Shown: one piece after another, positions 20,929-30,088 of the stretch
How positions within the stretch are numbered: position 1 is the stretch's first letter
Layout: each line of letters begins with the position of its first letter
Assembly: GCA_038231435.1 (NCBI GenBank)
Contig: JBBRLJ010000023.1
Coordinates: 1-64,000 of the forward strand
Direction: 5' to 3'
Origin: Planctomycetota bacterium
GTDB lineage: Bacteria > Planctomycetota > UBA11346
DNA: 64,000 nucleotides
Position numbers and translations under genes: made by a program
Notes under the pieces: generated by a model
Seen by the model: only the letters and a program-made list of their open reading frames with translations
What the model was told of the DNA's origin: nothing
The model's database searches: none

Positions 20929-23799
20929 TCATTCACCCGTGTGGTCGGTCCTGGTGTGGCCGGTCGCAGGGCGATCGGATCCGACGGGTTCGGATGTGGG
21001 CGAGGTTACTGGTATTGGTGGTTCCGGTGACGCCGCTGGCGCGGCTGCCGGAGACGGCGCGGGAGATGGCGCCGGCGCTTCGCTAGCACGTGGTACCGGA
21101 GCGAGAGCTCCAGGCGGTGGCGGCTCGATCGGCGGCGCTGCCTTCATGACCTCCAGCAGATGCTTCGCCAACGGCGTCGGCCAATCGTACGCCGGCCCCA
21201 TGTGCACGACGTTGCTCAGCGCGTCGGCATAGCGTTTGGCGTCGCCGGCCATCAGCGCCAGGCGGCCATTGAAGTACTCGATGTCGTTTGCGTAGAAACG
21301 GTCGACCTCGGTCGCGGTCAGCTGAGCATCGCCCGCTGCGAGCCTCGCCATAGCCTGACCGGGACGCGTGAGGGCCTCGGGCGATGCGCGCCACACCGCG
21401 AGCGCACGATCGCGATCGCTCTGCTCGAGGTAGAGATCCCCCAACCACAGGCGCGCCCACTGGCTGTTGTTCTCCTGGTCGGCGGTGGGGTTGTTCATCA
21501 CCACCAGGTAGGCGGTCTCGGCCGAGCTCGGCAGATCGTTCAGTCGCTCGACCTCGGCCACCTTGAGCATCGCCTTCATGCGCAGGGGGACCGGCAGGTG
21601 CTGGTCGGTCGCCGAGCTGAAATACAGGGCTTTCGCATCCTCGAAGCGGCCCAGGCCGACGAGGATGTCGCCAGCCCCGGTGCGCCCCTGGCTGACCTTC
21701 TCCTCGACCTTGAGGTACACCGCGAGATCGGTTGCGGTCGAATAGAGGCGGGTCGCGCGTTGGGGTTCGGCCGCGGCCAGCTTCTCGGCGCGGTCGAGGT
21801 AGTCCTGGAGCAGCTCCTTGCGCGTATCCTCGGGGATGGATGCGACCAGGGTGTCGAGATCGTAATCGCTGCGGATCTTGTCGAAGCTGCGTTCGGCCTC
21901 CTCATAGCGCCCGAGTCTCAGCGCGCAGCCCCAGGCGTGGAAGGTGGCTACCAGCACGTAGCGCGGATCGTCCTTGTTGGCCTGCGCGACGTCGATGAAG
22001 CGCGTGAGCGCGTCCTTGTCGTCCTTGAGGCCTTCGAGGCACAGGCCGATGCGCAGGCTCGCGTCGCGGGCCTGCGGCGAGTCCGGATGATCACGCAGGA
22101 AGGCCTCGTACTCCTTCTGCGCGCGCGCGAAGTGACCATCCTGGCGGGCCATATCGCCGGTCGCCAGGGCGCTGACCATCAGCGGGCGCTTCTGGCGCTC
22201 GACGAGCACCTTGCGCACCGCCGCGGAACCCGGCGCGTAGGCCACGTACGTGGCGCTGGCGTCCTCGCCATCGATGGGCACCAGGTCGAGGAAGCGCAGC
22301 GGCGGCAGCTCGTTCAGGCGCGCGGTCACGATCGCCGTCACCACCGCGTCCTCGCGTTCGAGCGACAGTTTCCATGGCTGGCCGCGCGCCACGCGGCCGA
22401 GGGCGCGGCTGGCCACCACCTTGTCTTCGCGCATCAGCACCAGGCGATCGCCGTCCTCGGCGCCGTCGAGGCGCAGGCGGTAGCCCTTGGAGACGTCGCG
22501 GTCGTTGACGAATAGCTCCACGCGCGAGACCGTCGCGGTGAGCTCGGCCGTCACCGTCAGGCGCGCCGACCCGCTCACGGGCGGCAGGGTGGCGAGCTGC
22601 ACGCCCTCGCCGAGCGGGCCGTACACGGAGAGGTGCACGCCGCTGCCTTGGGCGTCGAGGGGGGTGTCGATGCGCTTTTCAGTCGTCCACAGCTCGGCGG
22701 GCGGCTCGGGCGGCGCGTTGCGCGCGTCCGCGGCGCGCTGCGCCTTGACCAGTTGGATCGCGCCGAGCCCCGCCGCCGACAGCGCGACGAATGCGGCGAG
22801 CGATCCGGCGGCGATGTGCCGGCGGTGCCGCCAGCACGAGCGCAGGAAGACCTTGCCGGGGGACAGCCGCTTGGCCTTGACGCGACCGCTGGCGAGGTAG
22901 CGGCGCAGATCCTCGGCCATCGCTTCCGCGGTCGCATAGCGGTCGCGCGGATCCTTGGCCATCGCCACCATCACCACCGTCTCGAGCTCGCGCGACAGCC
23001 CTGGGCGCAACTGGGACGGAGGCACCAGCGGATCGTCGATGATGCGCCGCAGCACCGCGACGGAGTTGTCGGCGGTGAATGGCTGGAAGGCGGTGAGCAG
23101 CTCGTAGAGGCAGGCGCCCATGCTGTAGACGTCGGAACGGCGGCCGACGTCGTCGCGGCTGCCGCTCGCCTGTTCGGGGCTCATGTACGCCGGCGTGCCG
23201 ACGACATTCCCGGTGCGCGTCAGGCGCGACTCGTGGTGCATGTGGCTGGCGAGGCCGAAGTCGAGGATCCGCACCACGCCCGCCTCATCGAGCATGATGT
23301 TGCCCGGTTTGATGTCGCGGTGGAGGATGCCGGCGAGATGCGCGACGTGCAGTGCCTCGAGCGCCTGCACGGTGTATTCGGCAGCCAGGCGTTCCGAGAG
23401 CGGGCCCTTGAGCACCAGGTCGTCGAGGCGCTTGCCGTCGATCAGCTGCATCACCAGGAAAGGCCGGCCCTCGTGCTCACCGCTGTCGAGCACGCGCACG
23501 ATGCCCGGGTGCCTCAGTGACTGCAGGTACGCGGCTTCGCGCTCGAAGCGCCGGCGTTCCTCGGGGTCGGTGCGGCGCAGCACCTTGATCGCCACCGGCC
23601 TACCCATCGGCACCGGGCACGAGACCGCGGCCTCGGCGAGGTAGACCGTGCCCATCCCGCCGCGTCCGAGCTGGCGGATGATGCGGTACGGCCCAACCTG
23701 GGTCGGGGCGCGCCGCGGTGCCTTGAGATCGTCGCCATCGCCGTCCGGGTCGTTGCCCTCGAACTCCTGCAGATGGATGACCTGGGTGTCGCTGCTCAC
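20929..23799 (-). CDS. Membrane Ser/Thr protein kinase with TPR-like C-terminal region
   Basis: LGRGGMGTVY, VAIK, HRDIKPGN, DFG, GTPAYMSPEQ; TM segment; helical repeats. Confidence 0.92.
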   Translation of the reverse strand: MSSDTQVIHLQEFEGNDPDGDGDDLKAPRRAPTQVGPYRIIRQLGRGGMGTVYLAEAAVSCPVPMGRPVAIKVLRRTDPEERRRFEREAAYLQSLRHPGIVRVLDSGEHEGRPFLVMQLIDGKRLDDLVLKGPLSERLAAEYTVQALEALHVAHLAGILHRDIKPGNIMLDEAGVVRILDFGLASHMHHESRLTRTGNVVGTPAYMSPEQASGSRDDVGRRSDVYSMGACLYELLTAFQPFTADNSVAVLRRIIDDPLVPPSQLRPGLSRELETVVMVAMAKDPRDRYATAEAMAEDLRRYLASGRVKAKRLSPGKVFLRSCWRHRRHIAAGSLAAFVALSAAGLGAIQLVKAQRAADARNAPPEPPAELWTTEKRIDTPLDAQGSGVHLSVYGPLGEGVQLATLPPVSGSARLTVTAELTATVSRVELFVNDRDVSKGYRLRLDGAEDGDRLVLMREDKVVASRALGRVARGQPWKLSLEREDAVVTAIVTARLNELPPLRFLDLVPIDGEDASATYVAYAPGSAAVRKVLVERQKRPLMVSALATGDMARQDGHFARAQKEYEAFLRDHPDSPQARDASLRIGLCLEGLKDDKDALTRFIDVAQANKDDPRYVLVATFHAWGCALRLGRYEEAERSFDKIRSDYDLDTLVASIPEDTRKELLQDYLDRAEKLAAAEPQRATRLYSTATDLAVYLKVEEKVSQGRTGAGDILVGLGRFEDAKALYFSSATDQHLPVPLRMKAMLKVAEVERLNDLPSSAETAYLVVMNNPTADQENNSQWARLWLGDLYLEQSDRDRALAVWRASPEALTRPGQAMARLAAGDAQLTATEVDRFYANDIEYFNGRLALMAGDAKRYADALSNVVHMGPAYDWPTPLAKHLLEVMKAAPPIEPPPPGALAPVPRASEAPAPSPAPSPAAAPAASPEPPIPVTSPTSEPVGSDRPATGHTRTDHTGE

Positions 23800-24016
23800 G
23801 TACGACTCCGCCGTACGTCGGGTATGGCGGCGATGCCGTCATGCGGCCTGCGGCCGCGCGCGTCGGGGGCCGTCACGCACCCGTTCTTGAGGCGGGGGGA
23901 TCGAGGACGATCCCCCTGCTCCGTTCGCTTCCGCCGAAGCGGCTCCAGCTCACCCCCCCTGTGCGAGGTGGAGGTTGGCGTGCTGCTGCGCAGGGGACAG
24001 AGGACAGCGAGGGGGG

Positions 24017-24679
24017 TCACAGTTCGCGTTCCACGCGGGCTTGCCATTCGTCGCGGGTGACCACGTCGTTGCGGATGACTTCGCCGTCGAAGCGCTTGAT
24101 GAACTCGCGGATCACCGGGTGGGCCTTGGCGGCCTGGTAGCGGCGGGTGCGGTCGTCGCCCTCGACCGCTTTGGCGGCGATGAAGGCCAGGCGCAGGCCG
24201 TGGGCGGAGATCGAGGCCAGGTATGGCTGCAGCTGGGCGTCCATGTCGGGCGGTGGCGGGGTGCGGCCGGGCGCGATCTCGATGGTAAGCACCCCAGCGT
24301 CGAGCGCCACGACGCTGGTCCCCGTCAGCGCGGCGGCTAGCACCGCCTGACCCTGGAGCAGCGCGGCACGCGCGAGCTCGGGCCAGCGGCGGCGCAGGTC
24401 ATCCAGGGTCGGCACTGACGCCGCCGGCCGCGCGGGAGAGGCGACCAGCGGAGGAGCGCCGGCGGCGGCAGGGGCATGGACAAGAGCGGCGGTCGGAGGC
24501 GGGCCCGGTGTTGGGGTCGGATGCGGGGTCGGCGGAGCCATCCGCGCGGGCATCTGCACGGAGCTGGGCACCGAGCTCTGCATGGTGATCGGCACGGGCG
24601 GTGCCGCCGGCGCTCTGGATTCCTGGGCGGGCGCGCGATCCAGGGCCGGTTGACCTCCCGCGGGGGCCGGCCCTACCGA
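24017..24679 (-). CDS. dnaX: Probable C-terminal (tau-specific) part of DnaX in the -1 frame
   Basis: Frame open from 24862 to 24017; Pro/Ala linker, then LRRRWPEL...HPVIREFIKRFDGEVI resembling DnaX C-termini. Confidence 0.65.
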   Translation of the reverse strand, partial: SVGPAPAGGQPALDRAPAQESRAPAAPPVPITMQSSVPSSVQMPARMAPPTPHPTPTPGPPPTAALVHAPAAAGAPPLVASPARPAASVPTLDDLRRRWPELARAALLQGQAVLAAALTGTSVVALDAGVLTIEIAPGRTPPPPDMDAQLQPYLASISAHGLRLAFIAAKAVEGDDRTRRYQAAKAHPVIREFIKRFDGEVIRNDVVTRDEWQARVEREL

Positions 24680-25890
24680 GGGCGGCCGCGGTCTCCGGCC
24701 GCTGCCGCGGCCCCGCTGGCGCCGCCACCGCCTCCGGCCTCGAGCCGTTCGAGGCGGCGCAGCAGCGTATCGACATCGGCGACCTGGCCGAGACCGGAGA
24801 TGCGCACGAATGCCAGCTCGAGCTGCAGGCGCGGGTCTACGCCCTGGCGCAGCGCCTGCTGGCTACCGACCAGGATCTGGCAGATACGGATGGTCTTCTC
24901 GGGAGTCGCCGCCTTGGCCTGGGCGTCGAGGACCGACGAGGCATTGCCCAGGCGCCTGACCACCGGCGAGGCGACGCCGCACGCCTGGGTCAGCAGGATG
25001 GCGCGGAAGTGGTCGACCAGTTGGTCGAGCAGGGTGGCGGGGGCGACGCCACCCGAGCACACGCGGTCGAGCGCGCCGATCGCCTCGGCGGGCTGCGCGG
25101 CGATCAGCTGCGCGGCGAGTTCGTCGATGTCTCCGCCGCGCGCCGCGCCCAGGAGCAGATTGAGGTCCTCCTCCTTCACCGCGCCTTCGGAGACCGCGAT
25201 CAGCTGATCGAGCAGGGTCTGCGCGTCGCGCATGCCGCCGCCCGCGGCGCGCGCGATGCGGAAGAGCAGGGCGTCGCTGAGCTGGACCTTCTCGGTCTCG
25301 CAGATCGAGCGCAGGCGCTTGACGATGTCCTCGAGATCGATGGCGCGGAAATCGAAGCGCTGCACCCGCGACAGCACCGTCGCCAGCACCTTGTCGACCT
25401 CGGTGGTCGCGAAGATGAAGCGCACGTGGGACGGCGGTTCCTCGAGCAGCTTCAGCAGCGCGTTCCACGCCGGCGTGGAGAGCATGTGCACTTCGTCGAG
25501 GATGTAGATGCGGAAGCGCGCGAGCGTTGGCGAGAACGAGGCGTTGTCGCTGAGCTCACGGATCGCATCCACGCCGTTGTAGCGCGCCGCATCGATCTCG
25601 GCCACGTCCGGATGGGTGCTGTCGGTGATCATCCGGCAGTTCTGGCAGACTCCGCACGGCGCGATCGTCGGCGCCGTCTGGTCGTCCTTGGGCCCGCTGC
25701 AGCACAGGGCCTTGGCCAGGATGCGCGCCATGCTGGTCTTGCCGACGCCGCGCGGCCCGGTGAACAGGTAGGCGTGGTGGACGCGCCCGGTCTTGATGGC
25801 GTTGGTCAAGGTCCGCGCGACCACGTCCTGCCCGGCGACCTCGGTGAAGGTCTGCGGACGGTACTTGCGGGCGATGACCAGGTAGTCCAC
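24673..25890 (-). CDS. dnaX: DNA polymerase III subunit gamma/tau, N-terminal (gamma-length) ORF
   Basis: ARKYRPQTF, GPRGVGKT, zinc-binding Cys cluster, IDAA, DEVHML, LLKLLEEPP, GGMRDA. Confidence 0.96.
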   Translation of the reverse strand: MDYLVIARKYRPQTFTEVAGQDVVARTLTNAIKTGRVHHAYLFTGPRGVGKTSMARILAKALCCSGPKDDQTAPTIAPCGVCQNCRMITDSTHPDVAEIDAARYNGVDAIRELSDNASFSPTLARFRIYILDEVHMLSTPAWNALLKLLEEPPSHVRFIFATTEVDKVLATVLSRVQRFDFRAIDLEDIVKRLRSICETEKVQLSDALLFRIARAAGGGMRDAQTLLDQLIAVSEGAVKEEDLNLLLGAARGGDIDELAAQLIAAQPAEAIGALDRVCSGGVAPATLLDQLVDHFRAILLTQACGVASPVVRRLGNASSVLDAQAKAATPEKTIRICQILVGSQQALRQGVDPRLQLELAFVRISGLGQVADVDTLLRRLERLEAGGGGGASGAAAAAGDRGRPR

Positions 25891-25928
25891 GGGGAGGAGT
25901 TTCGGGGGTCAGGACGACGAACAAGCTA

Positions 25929-26015
25929 TTGGTTGGGGGGCTCTTGGTTGGGGGGCTACGGCCCCCCAACATCGGCCTCCGGCCTGCCCCCCAGGAGCCA
26001 GGGTGCAGGGTAGGA
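25929..26015. repeat. Structured repeat family B, copy 1
   Basis: GGTTGGGGGG..CCCCCCAACATCGGCCTCCGGCCTGCCCCCCAGGAGCCAGGGTGCAGGGT, matching 26908-27039. Confidence 0.8.
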
Positions 26016-26149
26016 AGAGGGCCGGGTCGCTGCGCTTCCGGCCGCGCGTGCGCGGCTCTTTTGACTGTGCACTTCGATCTTCCGACTTCTTGGGTTTCCT
26101 GCGCTTTCCGCTTTCCGCTGCGCGCTCCGTCTCCATCGTGTCCGCCCTC

Positions 26150-26908
26150 ATGGCCAAGCGCATCGATCAACCCGCTGACGATCCCGCGATGGGCAGTGTC
26201 GATCCGGCGCTGCACCCGGCGGTGGCCTTCCCGGCGGTCGATTGGGAGTGGTTCGTGTCGCGCTGCGCGGTGCTCGGGATCGTCGATCCCGGGGCACGCA
26301 GGGAGCGGCTCGAGGCCTTGTACGGGCACCTCGTCGGCGTGAACCGCTGGCTGAACCTCACCACCCTGGTGGGGCCACGCGAATACCTCAAATCGCACGT
26401 CCTCGACAGCTTGGCGATCGAGGGCGATACCCGGGCCCGGCATCTGTCCGAGGGCTCGCCCTGCGTGGATCTCGGCTCGGGCGGCGGGTATCCTGGGCTG
26501 CCGCTGGCTCTCTGGCATCCGGCCGTGCCGTGGGTGCTCGTCGATGCGCGCAAGAAGAAGGCCGAGTTCCTGCAGGCGGCGGCCGCCCTCTCTGGCGCCC
26601 TGGTGCGCGGACTGCACCTGCGTGGCGGCGAGGTCTCCCGCGCGGCTCCGGACCTGTGGCGGAAATGCCAGCTAGTGGTGTGCCGGGCCATGGGCCAAGC
26701 CGCCGAGATCCTCGCCGAGAGCGCCGACCTGCTGCACAAGTCGGGTCACGTCGTGATCTACAAGGGGCCGGCCTTCGCTGGTCCGGAACGCGCGGCCGCC
26801 TTGTCGGCCGCGGTACGGTGCGGTTTCCGTTTCCTCTCGGAGCGGCGGGTGGTGCTCGAGGAGGGGGATCCGGAGCGGGTGATGGTGATTTTCCAGCGGA
26901 ACTCTTAG
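26150..26908 (+). CDS. rsmG: 16S rRNA m7G527 methyltransferase
   Basis: NLT, HVLDSL, DLGSGGGYPGLPL, DARKKKAEFL, CRAM, YKG. Confidence 0.92.
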   Translation: MAKRIDQPADDPAMGSVDPALHPAVAFPAVDWEWFVSRCAVLGIVDPGARRERLEALYGHLVGVNRWLNLTTLVGPREYLKSHVLDSLAIEGDTRARHLSEGSPCVDLGSGGGYPGLPLALWHPAVPWVLVDARKKKAEFLQAAAALSGALVRGLHLRGGEVSRAAPDLWRKCQLVVCRAMGQAAEILAESADLLHKSGHVVIYKGPAFAGPERAAALSAAVRCGFRFLSERRVVLEEGDPERVMVIFQRNS

Positions 26909-27039
26909 TTGGGGACTTTCGGTTGGGGGACTACTTCCTGCGGACGGCAGATGCCCCAAAGGGCATCTGAGATCGCTTCGCGATCCCCCCAACATCGCGC
27001 TCCGCGCTGCCCCCCCAGGAGCCAGGGAGCAGGGTGGGA
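26908..27039. repeat. Structured repeat family B, copy 2
   Basis: GGTTGGGGG...CCCCCCAACATCGCGCTCCGCGCTGCCCCCCCAGGAGCCAGGGAGCAGGGT. Confidence 0.8.
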
Positions 27040-27173
27040 TGAGAGCAGGCGCTTCGCGCTGCCCATGGATGCATCAGAGTGTTCATGCGTCGCGTGGGGG
27101 CTGTCTGAGTCGATGACATCGGGGTTCGGTGTCGAGGCTCCGGGGCGCAGAGTGGGCGGCTGCGGAGGCGGCC

Positions 27174-28808
27174 ATGGGGAGCAGGCACGGGTCATCCGGT
27201 TTCGTGGGCTCGGTGGGCGCGGGCGGGCTGCTCGTCGCGTTGCTTGTGATGGTGACCTCCGCGGGTTCGGTGCTGGCTGAAGAGGGCCAGGGAATTCGCG
27301 AGGGCGAACCCACGTCCTATATGAGCGAACACCCGCTGGCCACGGTGCTGGCGAACGACGTCGCGCGCACCTCGAGGCGCTTCGCGGCCTCGCCCTACGC
27401 GGATCTGGCGTCGACACCGTGGGGCGCACTGGTGGTCGCGCGGCTCGAGCACGCGCTCGATCCGCGGGGGAACGGCGGCATCACGCTCCCAGCGCTCGCG
27501 GCCTCGGTCACGCGCGCGGTAGTCGCGGTCGAGGCGATTCCCGGCGGGCAGAGGCCCGACATCCGCCTGGCTGTAGCCACCGGCGAGGACAGCGCGCCGA
27601 TGCTAGCGCTGTGCCGCAGCCTCGCTGTGGCGGACGGCGAGGACGCGGGCGCGTTGGACGATCCGTGGTTCAGCGGCGGAGGCAGCATGACGCATATCGG
27701 GCGCGTATTCGCGTTCAGAAACGGCGGCGCCTTCGGCCCGACGGCTCCTGTTCGCGCGCCACGATTCCCCGATGCGTGCTTTGAAGTGTCGCTCGATCGC
27801 GAGCGCATCGGCGCGGCCCTCGGGTCGCCGGCGGGATTCCAGCGCGACGATCCTCCCGCCGCCATCTCGGTCGCATTGCGGCTGGATGACATCGGCATGC
27901 GCGAGCACTGGGAGATCCCCGTCCCAGTCGCGCGCCTGGACACCTGGCGCGGCCTCAAGCTCGAGCCCGCGCATCGCGAGGTTCTCGATCGGCTGCCGCC
28001 CACGACGCTTTGCGCGTGCACCTTCCATGGCGAGGGCGGTGCCGCCGTGTCGGCGCTGATGGCCAGCGGCCTGCTCGACGATCCGATGGCGCTGGCTGCA
28101 TTGGATCTGGCGATGGCCCGCGCCGGCGTACCACCGTTGCTCCAGGTCCTCGCCAGTCTGCACGGGGATGCGGTGGTGTATGTCGAGGACGGCGCGCCGT
28201 TCCCCTGGCTGACCATCGCCACCGGCATGGACGAGGACGTGGCGCGCGAGATCCTGCCCATCCTCGCCATCGGCGTGGGGATGGCGCCAGAGGGCGACGA
28301 CGGCGTGCTCGGCGGATTCCTCGGGGTATCGGCCTTCCAGGCGGGGTATCGCGATGGGCAGCTGATCCTGACCACCAATCCTGCGGGAGTGGACGGCTAC
28401 CTGAAGCGCCAGGGAGGATTCACCGCCGATGCCCAGGCCAAGGCCGCGCTCGCCGAGATCCCGCCCGAGGCGGCGTTCATCGGCATCAGCCGCAGCGGGC
28501 CCGCCACAGCGGCCATGGCCCGCCTGGCGCTCCAGCCCGCGGCGCATCTCGGCGTGCCGCAGCTGGCGACCCTGCCGAACGATCTCGGCACGCGCGGTCG
28601 ACACGGATTCTTCAGCGCGCGCGGCACGGCGGATGGCGTGACGGTCGATGCCGGAGGCATCATCGGCGGGCCGCTGTGCTCATATGCGCTGATCAGCGGC
28701 ACCGTGTACGCGACCTACATCGCCGGAGCCAGGCGGATGCAGCGCCAACTCCAGGATCTGCACCGGCGCCACGAAGCGGCCCAGGGCCGGAGCGAAAAAT
28801 CGATGTGA
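27174..28808 (+). CDS. Hypothetical exported or membrane-anchored protein (start uncertain)
   Basis: N-terminal hydrophobic segment and C-terminal TM-like helix; long ORF with coding-like composition. Confidence 0.65.
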   Translation: MGSRHGSSGFVGSVGAGGLLVALLVMVTSAGSVLAEEGQGIREGEPTSYMSEHPLATVLANDVARTSRRFAASPYADLASTPWGALVVARLEHALDPRGNGGITLPALAASVTRAVVAVEAIPGGQRPDIRLAVATGEDSAPMLALCRSLAVADGEDAGALDDPWFSGGGSMTHIGRVFAFRNGGAFGPTAPVRAPRFPDACFEVSLDRERIGAALGSPAGFQRDDPPAAISVALRLDDIGMREHWEIPVPVARLDTWRGLKLEPAHREVLDRLPPTTLCACTFHGEGGAAVSALMASGLLDDPMALAALDLAMARAGVPPLLQVLASLHGDAVVYVEDGAPFPWLTIATGMDEDVAREILPILAIGVGMAPEGDDGVLGGFLGVSAFQAGYRDGQLILTTNPAGVDGYLKRQGGFTADAQAKAALAEIPPEAAFIGISRSGPATAAMARLALQPAAHLGVPQLATLPNDLGTRGRHGFFSARGTADGVTVDAGGIIGGPLCSYALISGTVYATYIAGARRMQRQLQDLHRRHEAAQGRSEKSM

Positions 28809-28890
28809 CGGTACGGCGCCATCACGGAACGGGTCACCTGTCGTCATCCGTCCTTGGCGTCGTCGCTATCGACCGCTGATGCCGGCAAAC

Positions 28891-28920
28891 GAAAAACCCC
28901 GGCGATCACCGGGGTTTTTC
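28891..28920. terminator. Bidirectional intrinsic terminator
   Basis: GAAAAACCCCGG-CGATCA-CCGGGGTTTTTC between convergent genes. Confidence 0.85.
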
Positions 28921-28953
28921 TGTGCTGCGGCAGGAGCCGCCCAGCGACGGCTC

Positions 28954-29109
28954 TCAGTGCGAAGCGCTGCCCGCGCTCGTGGCGCCGCCATTGATGATGT
29001 TCTGATCCTTGAGATCGAGGATCTCGGCCCAGCCGAAGCCCATCGCCATCAGCAAGGCGATGAAGGCGATGACGACCAGCCAGAGGTAGATCTTGTCTTG
29101 TTCTTCCAT
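28954..29109 (-). CDS. Small single-TM protein (51 aa; not in the ORF track)
   Basis: GGAG RBS; MEEQDKIYLWLVVIAFIALLMAMGFGWAEILDLKDQNIINGGATSAGSASH*; last gene before the terminator. Confidence 0.8.
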   Translation of the reverse strand: MEEQDKIYLWLVVIAFIALLMAMGFGWAEILDLKDQNIINGGATSAGSASH

Positions 29110-29154
29110 GGATGCTCCGTCGTCGTTGGCGTGTGGGGCTTCAGGCGCTCGGGC

Positions 29155-30039
29155 CTAGAGCCGGTTCGAGGCCATGTCGCCCTGCTGGATCTGCAGGTTG
29201 TTGGTGTTCCAGGTCTCCGGAATCACGCGACACGCGACCATGCCGTTCATCACGCGCTCGGCGCGGACCTTGACGATGTATTGATTGTTGCGGTAGACGA
29301 TGAATTCGATGCCTTCCTCGACCTTGTCTTCCTTGCCGAGGGTCAGCATGACCAGGTCCTGCTGGCCCTGGGGGTTGGCGCGCACCGCGGCGACCACCGC
29401 CGAGAGGTAGCGGTCAGACGCGGTCTGGTCGTTCAGCTCGGTCCAGATCTTGGGATAGCGCTCGCGCAGGATACCCATCATGGCCTGATTCTTCTTCAGG
29501 TCCTTGCTGAGCTGATCGATGTCCTGGGCGCGCTGGCTGAGCTCGGTCTGGGCGTTGTTGAGGTCGTCCTCGACCTCGGCCAGCTTGACGTTGAGGTTGA
29601 AGGCGACGGCGCGCGCGACCTGCGCGATGTGGGTCAGCTCGGCGTTGCGCTGGCGCACCATCTCGAGCGACTTCGACTGCGCCATGAAGTCTTCCTTCAG
29701 GCTATTGTAGTCAGTCTCCTGCTTCTTGAGCTGCAGATCCTTGTTCTGGATGGTCTGCTTGAGATCGGTGATGCCGTTCTCCTGCTCCTTCACCTTCGCC
29801 TGCAGGTCGGTGATCGCCGTATTCAGGCTCACCACCTGGTTGTCGGACTTCACCTTCTGCATCGACAGGTCAGCCCGGCTCTGGTTGGACGAGTCGAGCT
29901 CGGCCTTCAGCTCCTTCGTATCCTGGTCCCAGCGGCGCTTCCAGTTCTCGCGCGTGGCGTACTGGGTCATCGTCGTGAACGCGAAGAGCAACGACATGAC
30001 GAGGATCAGGACGATGAAGACTTTGATAGTGGTGCTCAT
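29155..30039 (-). CDS. Membrane-anchored coiled-coil protein with C-terminal beta domain
   Basis: N-terminal TM, about 170 aa heptad-rich helix, C-terminal LTLGKEDKV..G..F.VYR...IQQGD motif. Confidence 0.85.
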   Translation of the reverse strand: MSTTIKVFIVLILVMSLLFAFTTMTQYATRENWKRRWDQDTKELKAELDSSNQSRADLSMQKVKSDNQVVSLNTAITDLQAKVKEQENGITDLKQTIQNKDLQLKKQETDYNSLKEDFMAQSKSLEMVRQRNAELTHIAQVARAVAFNLNVKLAEVEDDLNNAQTELSQRAQDIDQLSKDLKKNQAMMGILRERYPKIWTELNDQTASDRYLSAVVAAVRANPQGQQDLVMLTLGKEDKVEEGIEFIVYRNNQYIVKVRAERVMNGMVACRVIPETWNTNNLQIQQGDMASNRL

Positions 30040-30088
30040 TTGGATTGGGCTCCAGGGGAAGATTGCAGGCGCAGCAGGCTAGGGTCTT

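Noticed and set aside
24673..24675. Stop-codon readthrough (e.g. pyrrolysine) of the dnaX TAG
   Set aside because: The in-frame continuation is not DnaX-like; the plausible C-terminal domain is in the -1 frame.
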